A DNA stretch of 64,000 bases from Felis catus (Eukaryota), in NCBI RefSeq assembly GCF_018350175.1, contig NC_058368.1, positions 176,082,001 through 176,146,000 of the forward strand, in the 5' to 3' direction. Below, piece by piece: positions 49,100 to 64,000 of this stretch; the first letter of the stretch is position 1, and each line of letters opens with the position of its first letter. Below the pieces are notes generated by a model, which was not told where the DNA came from, made no database searches, and was given only the letters and a program-made list of their open reading frames with translations. Position numbers and translations under genes: made by a program.

Positions 49100-51200
49100 G
49101 GGGCCTGGCTGGAGTCAGCTCCAAGTCGGATCTGCTGCAGGCTGAGCAGGTGAAGCCGCGAGAGGTTCCGACGGTGGGTGGCTGGATTTGGTAGTCTCTC
49201 CAGCCCTTAGGGCTCGGGAGTTCGCTCCTCCACCCGACAAGAGTCGCCCAGAGGCCAGACAGCCCTCCTCAAATGCTAAACCTGGTTTTCCTCCAGATGC
49301 CAGCGAGCAAGGTTGCCCATAGCCTCTGACGCCTGCTCTCACTAGCCTATAGCCCAGATCAACTATCTTCGTGGTTAGGCAAAAAAACGAAAAGAAGTCC
49401 CCTCTCCCGGCGAAGCGAGTCTTGCATCCCAAGGCTTCCCCTAGACACAGCGATTTCAGCCGGGTATTTCCTCTTGGCCGGCCGGGTTGGGAGTTCTGGA
49501 CCCCCCCGCACCTTCGTGCTGGCCCCCTCCTCCCCTCCTCATCCTCCCACACTCCCCCAGGGGCAGCAGGGCCTGGCCAAGGGCGCTGCGTGTGACCCCG
49601 AGCGGAAGGGCCCCAGTCTGGGTCCTAATGCGGGTGGCGTCTCCCTTGACAGGCGGCGTTTGGGGACAACAGCGGGGACGGGAGATAAGGTGACATACCA
49701 GAGCAGATTTGGTGTGCGCGCTGATACTCCTCTCCCGACAGGAAACGCGGAGCTATTTAAAAGACCCTATCGATTACTTTATCTCTCCCAGAGGAAAGCT
49801 TCTTGCCGAGAGACAAAAGATGTTCCCTACTTAGAGATACAAGGCCACAGCCTTCCACACACATCGGAGGGTCTGCACAAGCGACGTCCAGTTAGGCTGC
49901 GGGGAGAGAGCCACGTTCACACCGCAGACTGCACAAATGCGTGCGTGCCAAGAGGGCAGCGGGAGCGCAGAGGGGAGGAAGGGGCATTTCACGGGATCAT
50001 CCTCTGTACCCTTTGAAATTTTTTGACACAAAGTAAGTGGCTGTGCTCTTGAAGCACAAATGTGTACCCGTGTCGTTTCAGCGTATTTAAAGCACACCAG
50101 TAAGCACATGCAAAGTTACTGGTCGCTGTGAGTGGATTCCACACACGTCTGCAACGTAAATGCTCCGCTGTGCTCCTTTTCAGGGCTCGAATGTCTACAA
50201 CCGTCAAGTGTTCCCTTAAAGTATGGAGCTGGGTCCACACAACCCGTTATAGCGCGCCCATTTTGTGTTCGAATTCCCGCATTTCGCCCATTTGCTGGGG
50301 CTGCAGAATGTCCCCGGCGATACCCCCGATGACACTGAATGTGCTCCGGAATCCCGCAGCTTGCTGGCCTCTGGGTTCCCTGAGCCGTGCCCGGAGGAGG
50401 CTCTGGGTAAATGCTGATTGGACCGAAGGGACGGTATCGAATGGTTTTTTCCCCGTACAGCAATTTGCCATCTACGCACTCGCAATGTGCTCCACCTGGC
50501 CGTGGAAACTTCGCGGCGTTTCCGCAGAGCAGGTTGGAAGGCAAGGCAAGAAAAGAAGATGCCGAGGAAGGAAGGGTGGCGGCAGGCCACAGGAAGGTTC
50601 GATCGCTCGCTTAATTTCCAGCTGAAATTCAACACAGACCAGGCCGCAGCAACCCAGGGCTGAAGCTCCGGGCGCCACGGCCTGGGTTGTCCACGCGAGC
50701 CAGGGACGCCGCACAGATCTGAGCTCAACTCTTCTCCCTCCGGGAAGCCACGCTGCCCCAGGCCTCGCCAGCCCCCCGCGCTTTGGACAAAAACGGCTGA
50801 CCGTTCGCCCAGCCCCGCTTCTCCCCAACCTTGCGCGCTCACGCCCAGGGTTCCTCCGAGGCCGCAGTTCCCCAAGCTGCGCCCACGCCAGGCAGGTACG
50901 GAGCATCCCTAGAAAATCCGTTTTCCTCTTCTTTGTGTTCCGAATCGTTATCCGTCTGACTCAAGTGTCATCTGATTTCTCCAGCCGTGACCTTCAATGA
51001 CGGGATCCTGAGGGACCGATTCGCGCGTCCCGGCTCTCTTGGCCTCTGCGCGCTGTTTTCGCTGAAGCGGTTCGTAGCGGTGGGGTGTGGGGGTTGGGGC
51101 ACCAGCGGGAACACCGAGGAGAAAGCGCCAAATTAACACAAAACGACAACGGAAGCTTGAAAACGACTCCCTCGGATCTGGCAGATCCTAACGCGAGTTT
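49100..51200. other. CpG island (distal)
   Basis: Visibly high GC and CpG density; not repeat-derived. Confidence 0.7.
49600..49850. promoter_or_regulatory. Distal NKX2-5 cardiac enhancer, likely orthologue of the mouse ~-9 kb GATA-dependent enhancer (AR1)
   Basis: ~10.4 kb upstream of the ATG, non-repetitive; AGATAA 49683-49688, TGATAC 49722, ACAGGAAA ~49738, MEF2-like CTATTTAAAA 49753-49762, TTATCT 49779-49784; motif order matches my recollection of the mouse element. Confidence 0.75.
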
Positions 51201-51249
51201 TAAAAGTGGGTCATAGCTACGAATTCAAGATAAATTCGGTTTTAGAAAC

Positions 51250-51620
51250 ATACTCCCCAAAGCACAAAAAAGTGGCTTACACAAAGATATTAACAAGAAA
51301 ACTGTCAATGGCAAAAAACGGAAAGGAGTCGCTCTTAGAAAAATGTAGATGCCCCCCCAAAGGCAATGTAGGAATAATACTGAAATCTGCAGAAAATGTC
51401 TCTAGAAAGATAATATGTTTTAAAAACTGGTGACCGCCTGAATGGGGATGGAAATTAACTAAGAGGCCCAAGGAAACCTTCTTGAGTGATGCAAATGTAG
51501 TTGTATCTTGAATGTGGTGGTCCTTACAGGGGTTTACTCCCCGTGTCAAGACTCATGGAACCGTATGTACATTTGAACTGTTCATTTTGTTTTTGGTACA
51601 TTATGCCTTAATAAAGGTGG
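51250..51620 (+). mobile_element. Ancient L1M 3' end fossil
   Basis: ggaaaccttcttgagtgatgcaaatg...tgtcaagactcatggaac...ttatgccttaataaa. Confidence 0.5.
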
Positions 51621-53049
51621 TTTGAAAAATAAATAAACCCACTAACAATTTGGTCTTTAGGGAAGGAAACTGGGTAGCTGGGGGAAAGGCATGGGACACT
51701 TTACATTGCATCCTTTTCACCTGTTTGTTTTGGGTTTTGTCATTGTTTTTATGGTGTAATATGTATTCAAAATACATAAATAGGATGTTGGGTGATGTGA
51801 ATGTAAAGCAATTGTTAAAGAAACCAACAAATGCAAAAACAGAGATGCTTGTACACCCTGTTTTAGGGATTAAAAAAAAAAAAAAGCATGCTCTGTCCAA
51901 GCCCAGAAAATATCTTGGAAGGGGCAATATCTTTAGTGTTCAGATTTGCTCTATTTGGGTTTTGGTCGTATGTTTAGCACACCAACGAAAAATGAACACC
52001 CAGAACTTTTCCGGTGCTTATGTGTGATGTGAGTGGCTGTCATCTCCTTGAGGACTCTCAGGGCAGGCCGGCCACGGAAGCACGCGACAGAAAGCCACAG
52101 GAGCAGGAGGGAGGGTTTCCTCGGGCTCCCGGAGCTGCAGGAGCAGCAGTGCGCTATCCCGCTTAGAGCAAAGAGGAGGAAACCGGCTGTGTTGCCGAGG
52201 GAAGGCCAAACCGCGAGGGCTCCAGACCTGCCTGGGGGGCAAGCAGAGCCGCCCAAAGGCTAAGCAGGAGGGCAGGGTGCCTCCTGGCCGGAGAGATGGG
52301 AGTCCACCAAACCCACAGCCTCTCTGGGACCAGTAGCTGCAAGGGTCCCACCTCTGTTTGGGGGAACTAGGTATGAAATATCTCCACTTACTGCCCTGGA
52401 AGATAGGGGAAAGTCACTTGGCCTTGTTAGGATAGATTCCAGATCTCGTTCGGATTCAGAGCTATTTCAGAAAGGTTTTTGGAGGCTGTCCCTCAAGAGA
52501 CAGATGGACAGTGGGCCAGAGACCAGGGGCCGGGAAAACTAGCTGGCCTGGGGACAGGGCCTGGGTGGGGTTACCAAGTCCACCAGCCAACTTCATTTGC
52601 TGCCCCACTCAGCCATCGACCCACGGGACCTTCAACCAGCGAGCCAGTGCACTGAGTAATGTGAGGGGGCTGCATTCCCGGTGACCCCAAGACTTGGCTC
52701 TGCTGCTGGGACAGGTTAGGGGCACATCATGAGAGCAAACTTGCTGGTGGCGGTCAGGACCATTGAGGTTCTGTCCCTGGATAGTGTGGGACAAAGTCCG
52801 TCCCACTCCCCTGTCTCTGGGGCTCTGCGGACCACCGGACTCAGATTTCTTACTGCTGATGGCTGAGCTCCAGTCCCTCCATGGAGATTTCACTGGATTG
52901 CTACTTGGGCTGCCTGTCTCAAACGGTACACACCTTTGATTAGTAAAGTTCAGGAGGAAGGCTCAGAGATGTGCTTTTTTTCAACATGTGCCACAGGAGA
53001 TTCTAGCCTAGATGGTTACCACTTTATTCACTACATTTGGGGCTTATCT

Positions 53050-53719
53050 TGATTGTGGTTTTAAAAATCTCTTTAAGGCAATACATGCTTGTGGTGAACA
53101 ACAAGAAAACAAAAAACAAAAGAAAGAAATTGTCCTAAAAGATGTACTGCGGAAAATGTCATTTTTTTCCTGACCCTGCTCCCCCAGTTCTCTTCCCCAG
53201 AAGCTTTCATTACCATTTTCTTTATCCTTCCAAAAAAATCCACATAACTGCATATATGTGCATATGGCCATTTATAAAATACAAATTCTGCCACCAGGTT
53301 TGATTTTTAATGTACCTCAAAATATATCCATAGAGATGCATATAAACGTAACTAACTATTTCTCATGGCTGCTAGTATTCTGTTTTACTGCTGAACATAG
53401 CTTGTTTTTAACTATTCCCCTAAGGTCAACATATTGGGTTTGTTTAATGTTTTGATTCTTTAAAAGATTAAAACTGCAACAAAAAATACTTTTCTTGTTT
53501 GCATATACCTGTAAAATAGAGTCCTAGATGTGGGAATACTAGTCCAAAGGGCTTATGCCTTTTTTTATTTTGATAGTACCAAATTATTCCAAAGAGATTT
53601 ATCAATTTACATTTCTAATCAACAATGCAAAAGAGAGACTAAGAAGGGTAATTATCAAACTTTTTGATCTTTGCCAGTCTGACAAGTGAAAACATTTGCC
53701 TCTTTGTGTTTTAATTTGC

Positions 53720-53792
<73 letters not shown>

Positions 53793-54200
53793 GTTTTATC
53801 AGAAACGTTCTCCTACTCTTGGTCAATTTTTCAATTGTTTTCTTGAGTCATTTTCTTATTGATTTACAGGAACTCTTTCCATATGGTGGAAATTAGTTTT
53901 TTGTTGTCATTATTTCTAGTATTTAGCCTGTATGTTTTTTCTCTTTGATTCTATTTATGTTTTCTTTTTGTTTTTGCTGTGCACAAGTTTCTTTTTATGC
54001 CATCAGGTTTATATAGTTTATTTTTATGGTTTCTAGATCTCTAGTTCTCATCCACCCTCCCAAATATACAAGTACACTCCAAAATTATTATCTTAATCAT
54101 CTAAGCACTTTTATGTTTCGATTCTTATGTCTAAATGTTTAATCTTTCCAGAATTGGAAGTATTTGGTGTAAGAATAATCCATTTCTCTCTAACACCACT
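53050..54200 (-). mobile_element. Ancient L1M fragments (antisense)
   Basis: T-rich decayed L1 3'/ORF2 motifs. Confidence 0.5.
53721..53788. repeat. (TTTC)17 microsatellite
   Basis: Read directly. Confidence 0.95.
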
Positions 54201-55019
54201 TCACTTTATTTTAAATGTGTACTACACTCCCTCAAATAGTGTACCATCACAATTGGCAGGGACCTTATTTCCCATCTTAAGGAGTTTCACAATCACCAAC
54301 ATACCTTGTCACCAGACCCACTGCCCAGGTGAGTCCAGGTAACAACCTGGGATGCCTCCCAGAACAGCACAGCTGAGGAGGGACCTTAGGTGCAACTAAT
54401 AACACCAAAAAGAAAACCATGAAACTGGTGACCAACGAGGGGAAAAAAGATGTGCTCAGGGTCAGCCAATCAGTGAGAGAGGCAAGACCAGAACCTAGTA
54501 CTGGCTCATGGTCCGGTACTCTTTCTGGTACAACTCTGCATCCTTCAGAGTCTGTGTGACTTGGGCTGTGCAATCCCAGCATCTGGTGCGGGAGGCGGGG
54601 GGGGGGGGCACCCAGTCAATGTGGGTGAAAAGATGCAGGAAATCACGTCCAGCATCCCATAGTGACTAGGCTGGGAGTCACTTGGAGGCTGGGGGGGGGG
54701 GATATTCTGGCCCTCTCTTTTAGCTTTTCCCCTCACTGCCTTCCCTCCGCCCCCCTGCAGAGAGATACACTTATACACTCATACATAGATGTACATAATA
54801 TCCACCAGCCAGGTAGATCTGTTCTCTGCTTCCCCCTTCTGTGGGCCTCAGGCCCTTCCTATGGCTAAGCAGTTTCGGACAGACAGCCCTTAAAGCACTT
54901 CAGGGGACTTCCTGCCTGTCCTAGCTAGCTAGCAGAGGCTGATCCTAGGGCAAAAGCCAGACAGATTATAGGGGAACATGAAGATAGCATTTCCAGGGCT
55001 CTGTTCAGACTGCCCAGAT

Positions 55020-55140
55020 ACAGGACCAGCGACATGATTTGTAGGGCCCTGTACAAAATGAAAATGTAGTGCTTCTTGTTCAAAACTTATCAAGAATTTC
55101 AAGACAACATCAGCAGAGCACAGGGCCTTCTAGGCCAGTC
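55020..55140. mobile_element. MER45-like hAT-Tip100 fossil
   Basis: tgatttgtagggccctgtacaaaatgaaaatg...cttgttcaaaacttatcaagaatttcaagac. Confidence 0.6.
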
Positions 55141-55242
55141 TTCATGGAAGGACAGGGTTAAGTATCAAGGGAGAGGAGAGAAGAGCCTTCCATCCTCTAA
55201 AGCTCTAGATTTTAGGGTAAAGTGAGCTGGGAGTTATGCTAC

Positions 55243-55712
55243 TCATAATAGCAAAAAGGTGGAAACAACCCAAATGTCCACCAACTGCTGCATAGAGAAA
55301 CAATGGGTATATATCCATACCATAGAATATTATTCTGCCATAAAAAAGAACAAAATACTGGTACGTGCTATAACATGGGTAAACCTTGAAAACATTATGC
55401 TAAGTGAAAGAAACCAGTCACAAAAGGCCACGTTTAAAATGATTCCATTTGTATATGTCCAGAATAGACAAACCTCTAGAGACAGAAAGTAGACAGATTT
55501 GTGGTTGTCCAGAGCTGAGGGGGTAGGAGATGGGGTAGCTGATGGCTAAAGCCTACAGGTCTCTTTTGGGAGTGATGAAAATGTCCCCAAATTAATTGCG
55601 TGATGATTGCACAGCTCTGTGGTTATACTAAAAAATCACCGAATTGTGTATTTTAAGGGGATGAATTGTATGGTATATGATTAAATATCTATTAGATCTC
55701 AATGAAGGTGTT
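55243..55712 (+). mobile_element. L1M(B)-type 3' end fragment
   Basis: ORF2 C-terminal remnant (WVYIHTIEYYSAIKKNKILVRAITWVNLENIMLSERNQSQK) plus 3'UTR. Confidence 0.85.
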
Positions 55713-56149
55713 ACCAAAGAGGAGGAGGAGGAGGAGGAGGGGACTTAAATTTCTCCCTCTCTTTCTCTCTCTCAGCCAATCTTATTGAGGGAAGCCCCTC
55801 CCTCTCGTCGGTGAAGGTTTTCGGGCAACCCTGCATCAGCCTGGTCCTCTTCTCCAGGGGCCCGAGTGTGTGTGTGTGAACGAGGGTGGGGAGGACAGCG
55901 TCTTGCTTCCTCTCCAGTTGATGTGACTCTAGGAGGCAGCCACGTGCAATAAAAGAAAATATGCACAATCCTGTAGTGAGTCCTGCGTCCGAATCCTAGC
56001 ACTGTCACGTTCCATCTGTGGGACGTTGAGCAAGTCAGGGCACCTCTCTGAGCCTCTTTCTCCTCTGCCCAGCGCTGGAGATCGTGTGCCTCACTCAGTG
56101 AGAGCTCTAGAAACAGCAGCAAAACCAGGATTTGATCCGGGCTGATCCA

Positions 56150-56850
56150 CCAGCGTGAGGCGCGCCCCCCTGCAGGAAGCATCCAGTGGCGCGGAGGGCC
56201 TCCCGGACGCTTCGGAAGCCAAGGACCGGAGGAGCGGTAGCCCTCACAGTCGTCCCCACCCCCAACCCCGGGCCCGGAAGGAAGCCAGGGCAGCGGAGGG
56301 GCCCCGCGGCCAGAGCGGGGAGCCGGGTTGAGGGCCGGGAGCCGGGCCGCAGCCGCCGCTGCTCATCCATCAGCCGGACGAAGAGCAGAGGCGCGCTCTC
56401 GGCCCTCTGTTTGCTTTCTCGCCAATTATTGCCGCGCCGCAGCCCCTTTGTTGATACAGTAGTCCGAAAAAGTGCTAATGTTCATTTATCAGGGGGCCCG
56501 CCGGGGACTCCCACGAGTTGCGATTCTTCCCAAAATATAAACATGGGGCGAGCGTCCCAGACAGAAACCCCCATCTGTTTCCCCGGCGCGGGCGGAGAGC
56601 GAGGCGTTGTTGAAGATAAAGCCGCGGATAACGCCGCCTGTCTCCAATGGACGTCTCCCCGGCGCATTAATGACATTCCCGGTGATAGTTCCAGCTTATC
56701 TTTCAATTAATCATATATACCTTTTGCGGCCGGCCCTGCTGATTGCAGGAAAGGGGGGCCGGCTTGGGCCGTGCCGATCGCCTTTTCAATTAATAATATT
56801 TTATGCGCGCAGAATGCGCTCAAGTCATCTGGAATTTGGCTCATCTTAAA
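56150..56850. other. CpG island (upstream)
   Basis: Dense CpG, GC-rich. Confidence 0.75.
56400..56850. promoter_or_regulatory. NKX2-5 ~-3 kb GATA/Smad/homeodomain enhancer (AR2-like)
   Basis: ~3.5 kb upstream of the ATG; GATA-type sites at 56452, 56486, paired 56614/56626, 56683 and 56696; CAGAC 56558; CATTAATG 56665-56672; CAATTAATCA ~56704; lies in a CpG island. Confidence 0.75.
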
Positions 56851-56913
56851 GCCCCAACTCTTTAAAAGGCGAGGAAATAGATGGATAGATTTTTCGATCT
56901 CTCCTCTCTGCCT

Positions 56914-56914
<1 letters not shown>

Positions 56915-56959
<45 letters not shown>
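56915..56959. repeat. (CT)n microsatellite
   Basis: Read directly. Confidence 0.9.
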
Positions 56960-56961
<2 letters not shown>

Positions 56962-57548
56962 TTCTCTCTAGGCTGAAAGCTGTTTGTTTGTCCTGCTAGT
57001 TTGGCCAAAGTGCGGCTTAGAGAGGCGGCCAGGTTGGGTCAGCCGCCCTTGGGAAGGAAGACGTGTCCCTAGTGAGTCTGGAGAATCAAGTTTCGGACCT
57101 CCCCACCCCCAACCACTGTAACTTCTATTTAAAGAAAACAAAAAGTTTTAGTCACTCAGAAAGTGAGAACTGCAAAGAAAAGTTAGCAATTGCTCTTGGA
57201 CATTTCTCTGTGGACACCAGCATGGGTCGCCCAGTTTCCATTTTGCTGGTATTTATCCCTTTTTTTTTTTTCTTTGCTGGATTTCCTCTCTCTGGTAACG
57301 CTAAGGTCTGTTTTAGAGCCGAGGGAAACTACAATTGGATTCACTGAGGGTATAGGGAGTGGAGAAGCCACTGATTTCGTCCAAATAGGGAAGGTTTTCT
57401 TTCCTCCCCTTTTCATGACACCTGACCCACAGGTCTATCTGTCAGCCCTGGGAACCATACCCGAAAATAGGTGATAAATCTTAACCGCTTTGATTTGCAA
57501 AGGAAATGCCAAGGTGTTTTTTTTTTTCTTCCTGCAGAACTATCTCTT

Positions 57549-57550
<2 letters not shown>

Positions 57551-57594
<44 letters not shown>
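57551..57594. repeat. (AC)22 microsatellite followed by poly(A)
   Basis: Read directly. Confidence 0.95.
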
Positions 57595-57598
<4 letters not shown>

Positions 57599-59899
57599 AA
57601 AAAAAAAAACTAAAAACAGGGATCCCGGATGCAGCCTCGATGTCCCCCATTAAACGGTAATATTTCAGGCGCTGGCTCACACTAATCTTTCAAACTGTCA
57701 TCGCAAACCGCCCGACCAGCCTATTCACTTAACAGCGCTCCCAGGACCCTCGCTTGGAGCTCTTTTGAATGAGACATTTAATTGAATCGGATGTGGCTCG
57801 TTTGCCAGACGTCACCGCCTAGGCGATAGGCATCCTTCCCCACTCCCCCCCCTGCCAAAATCTTCAAAGGCGAGGTAGGCCCCCAAACTAGGTTAGTTGG
57901 GGACGATAACCAAAAGCGTTGCGCAGAAGGGCAGAAGAGAGGCCACTGGTCTGCAGGTCCCTCAAGGAAGAACCCGAGTTGGGGCCTTGGGAGATGGGTG
58001 AATGCCAAGGGTTTCTGAGGCTTGAGAGCACCTCCCCCTCCCCCCCTCCCCCCCCCCCCCCCCCCCCCCCGGCCCTCCACACATTTGAAAAAGGTATCTC
58101 TCTGCAGACCCAACTAAAGATTCCAGAAATGCACGTCGACCCTGGCTGGAAAATTCGAAGATAGATTTCCACCACGAAGGCCTGGGCCTGGTACTGGCAC
58201 CTGGCTCCTGGAAGTCGGATCCGAGAGCTGCGAGACCGCGGGAGAGCCTCGCGGGGGTCCACTCTCCTTCGCCCTAACCCGAAGGCCACAGGTCCTGGGA
58301 GTGCGGGTTTGACGGGGCCTCCGTAAAGATACCAATGATAGGCCTGTGCTTAATCTGATCTCGCCCTTCCCTGAGGCGCTGCCATATGGCTCACCGCCCC
58401 GATTGAGCACCCAAAGGTCCATGTCCCGGACAGACACCATCCTGTCCCTCTTGTTACCAAACTTGTGCGTTGCCTCGGTGCTTCAAGTGTGAATTCAGGA
58501 GTAATTCAGGAGTCTCGGCTGTACGCCATGTCCTTGGCTTGCCTTTGCCCCTGCGCGCCACTCTTCTACTCCAAGCACTTCTATCCCAGTCCCCAAACAC
58601 GTACTTTGCTAAAAGCTGAGCCTCCCAAGTCTCCATTCTTACCAAGTCCCCGCACCACGCCCGCGCCTTCCTGGCATAAGTCTGGGTTATGCCTTGTGAA
58701 AATCGATGCGGTTCTCCTAACAAGCACCACCAACTCGAGATAAAGTTAAGGCAGCGACCTTAACCTGGGGGCCATTCTGCCTGCCTGGATCTTGAAACTG
58801 TACACAAAACAGAGCGCCTCTCTGCAGTATTCTGGGGGTGAGAGGATAGCCCAAGCTTTCATCAGATCTCCCAAGAAACTAGGATGAGGTGGACCAGCAC
58901 AGGGTCTGGCCGGGTAGGTAGCTTGCACTCCTGAAACATTGGGAGATCACTTCTTAACTGACCCTGGGGCTAAAAATTTACACCCCGTGTGCCCAGCCCA
59001 TGCTCCTGGCCCCGCTGCCGCTGCCGTGGGATGCCCTCCTGGGAGCCAAAGCCAGCACAGAGATGTCTGAGAAATCCCTTCCACGATGGGTTCCGGGGAT
59101 CCCTGCATGCCTGCCTGCCTGAGAACTAAACCTGGGCTGGAGCCTGAGGTGCTGGGGCTGATGAGGCCTAGAGGCCTTGCTGCTAGGCAGGAAGGACAGG
59201 GGAAAGTAGGAGGCAGGAATAGTGGGCTCCAGGAAAGGAGAAACTAGGTGGTTGGGGAGCTAGGTCGCCCTAGAAGACAGTTCTCTTCTGGGAAGCTGAG
59301 CTGATCGCTGGGATTCTGGATTTGTTTCATTATTAAGGGGATGGTCATCTCTGAGAGGAGGCTGATAGCGACTGACGCCCCCTGCAGTTGTGTGTGTGTA
59401 TAACCTACACTACTACTATAGAAGGTGGCCACCCACAACCCCACAACTGCCCAGCGTTCCTAGGGTACGGGGCACTACTGGGGCATGACCGGCCCTGTAA
59501 GTCAAGCCAAACAGAACCCCCAAATTACCCAGAATCTCCCCCTCCTGCCATTACCCCAGAGCAAACTTTCTCCCCGGTGCTTCTCTTCTTATACAAAGTC
59601 TTCCCTTGCATAAAAAAGTCTTTAAGACTCCTGGAAATGACTCCCCCCCCCACCAGCTCCCCACCCAATCCTTCACTCCTGCATTCCGTTTTCGGGGCCA
59701 AGGAACATTTCCTCAACCCCCAGATCCACCCAACCTGGCCCAGACTCCATATCTAGAGAAGAATTAGGTCCTTTCTTGTATATGCGTCTCAGTGGGGGTT
59801 TCAGGCTAGTACCGTGGAGAAATCTCAGGCTACAGGAGCAATAGGAGAGCCTTCCAAATGCTTCGCGGCCCCTTTAAAAAGCTGAACAGGATTTTTTTT

Positions 59900-62758
<2,859 letters not shown>

Positions 62759-63215
62759 GGAAGGGCCCTACCTGGGGCGCCCCGACCGATCCCATCTCTA
62801 AAGAGGGACACGGACTCTCGGGGGAGGGAGGACCCCCTGACGTGTCTCCGAGTCCCTTGGATTTCACGTTCACTCCCGCAGGGGCCTAGGAGCTTTTTCG
62901 GCCCTATGCCCCTTTGTCCCCATGCTCGGGAGAGTTTGTGGCCGCGTTTACAGAGCTTGCGGCGAACGATCCCGCAACCTGGTGCCTCAGCCGTCGTCCC
63001 CTGAGTGCCCTCCAAACGGCCACGGGCACCCCCAACCGGCTGAACACGGGCCAGTTGGGACTGGGAGCCTGGGTGCACCTTTCTTCGAGCCTGGGCCCGG
63101 CGCCCGGGCCCTTGCTGCCTTGCCGCCGCCCACCCACCCGTATTTATGTTTTTACCTGTTGTTGTAAGAAATGAGAATTCCCTTCTCATTAAAGAGAGTG
63201 CGCTGATCCGCATGT
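62759..63215 (+). other. NKX2-5: NKX2-5 3'UTR
   Basis: Follows the stop codon; AU-rich TATTTAT at 63141-63147; ends shortly after ATTAAA with a GT/T-rich downstream element. Confidence 0.75.
63188..63193 (+). terminator. Polyadenylation signal (variant ATTAAA) of NKX2-5
   Basis: ATTAAA ~430 nt after the stop, followed by TGTGTGCTTCTTT. Confidence 0.75.
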
Positions 63216-63262
63216 GTGCTTCTTTCGGCTTGCGGCGCTCGAGAAACTGACTTTTGAAGGGA

Positions 63263-63470
63263 TTTTTAAAAATATTTATTTATGTTTGAGAGAGAAGACG
63301 CGCGTGCCCGCAGAGGAGGGGCAGAGAGAGACGGGGCGGGGGGGGGGGCGCAGAGGATCCGAAGGGGGCTCCGCGCTGACTCCAGAGAGTCGGCGGGCCG
63401 TGGGCTTCCAACCGTGAGATCATGACCTGAGCAAAGTCCGAGGCTCAACCGACTGCGCTACCCGCCCCGC
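63263..63470 (-). mobile_element. Diverged, GC-enriched CAN-SINE just downstream of the NKX2-5 polyA signal
   Basis: tttatttatgtttgagagag...aaccgtgagatcatgacctgagc...ctcaaccgactg. Confidence 0.8.
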
Positions 63471-63550
63471 CCCCCAAACTGAATTTTAGAAAGCAGAGCG
63501 TGCGTCCTGTCTGGTTTAGAGTTGCAGGTATAGGCATTCACTGAGCAAAT

Positions 63551-63551
<1 letters not shown>

Positions 63552-63593
<42 letters not shown>
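63552..63593. repeat. (GAT)14 microsatellite
   Basis: Read directly. Confidence 0.95.
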
Positions 63594-64000
63594 AAACAAC
63601 TCATGCTGGGTCCTTTGTTAGATACTTCCTGGCATCGTCTGGTGTAATCTTCAATAATGCCCAAAAAGGAGGTCCGATTTTAAAGTTGGGCAGCTCCTTG
63701 AGAGGTCTAATGACTTGCCTGTGAGTAAACAGCCAGTTGTGGTAGAGGTTCTACTCCAGGTCTCACTTCACAGAGGGCCCTTGCCAGAACTCCCAACCTT
63801 ACCTCCTTGAACCCTACCAGTCCGGCACAACTGAGGGGCTGGGCATTAAATGGAGAGCAAAGGGACCTGGGTCCTAGGCAGTTGGAGCACACCATAATTC
63901 ATCCTGCTTGAAAGAACACCTTAGTCCATTTTACAGTCCCGTTTCTAGATGGGAAAACCTAGAATCGAAAAGCGCTTGTCAAGCTTCCCTGAACTCCCCA

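Noticed and set aside
49115..50906. Several 140-220 aa overlapping ORFs
   Set aside because: CpG-island artefacts in multiple frames with no coherent protein or splice structure.

Overview
Mammalian genomic DNA from a felid: it carries many CAN-SINEs of the SINEC_Fc type and a carnivore L1 tail, so it is probably cat or a close relative. The only supportable protein-coding gene is the cardiac homeobox gene NKX2-5 on the + strand. Its CDS is 60186-60516 + 62118-62758 (323 aa), with TN domain, Tyr54 homeodomain, NK2-SD and the GIRAW terminus; the ATTAAA polyA signal is at 63188. The preceding ~60 kb is its gene-free upstream regulatory region. It contains CpG islands, GATA-rich blocks resembling the described ~-9 kb (AR1) and ~-3 kb (AR2) Nkx2-5 enhancers, several further motif-dense non-repetitive blocks, CTCF-like motifs, and many SINE, L1, HAL1, LTR and hAT fossils. 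The main second-look items are a 20-codon uORF ending 16 nt before the start codon, two alternative intronic 3' splice sites predicting homeodomain-less isoforms, candidate distal cardiac enhancers, and a strongly AT-to-GC shifted old repeat tract. I found no evidence of a wholly new coding system; nearly all other ORFs in the track are repeat- or GC-content artefacts. Repeat family names and enhancer identities are recognised from memory, not from database searches.
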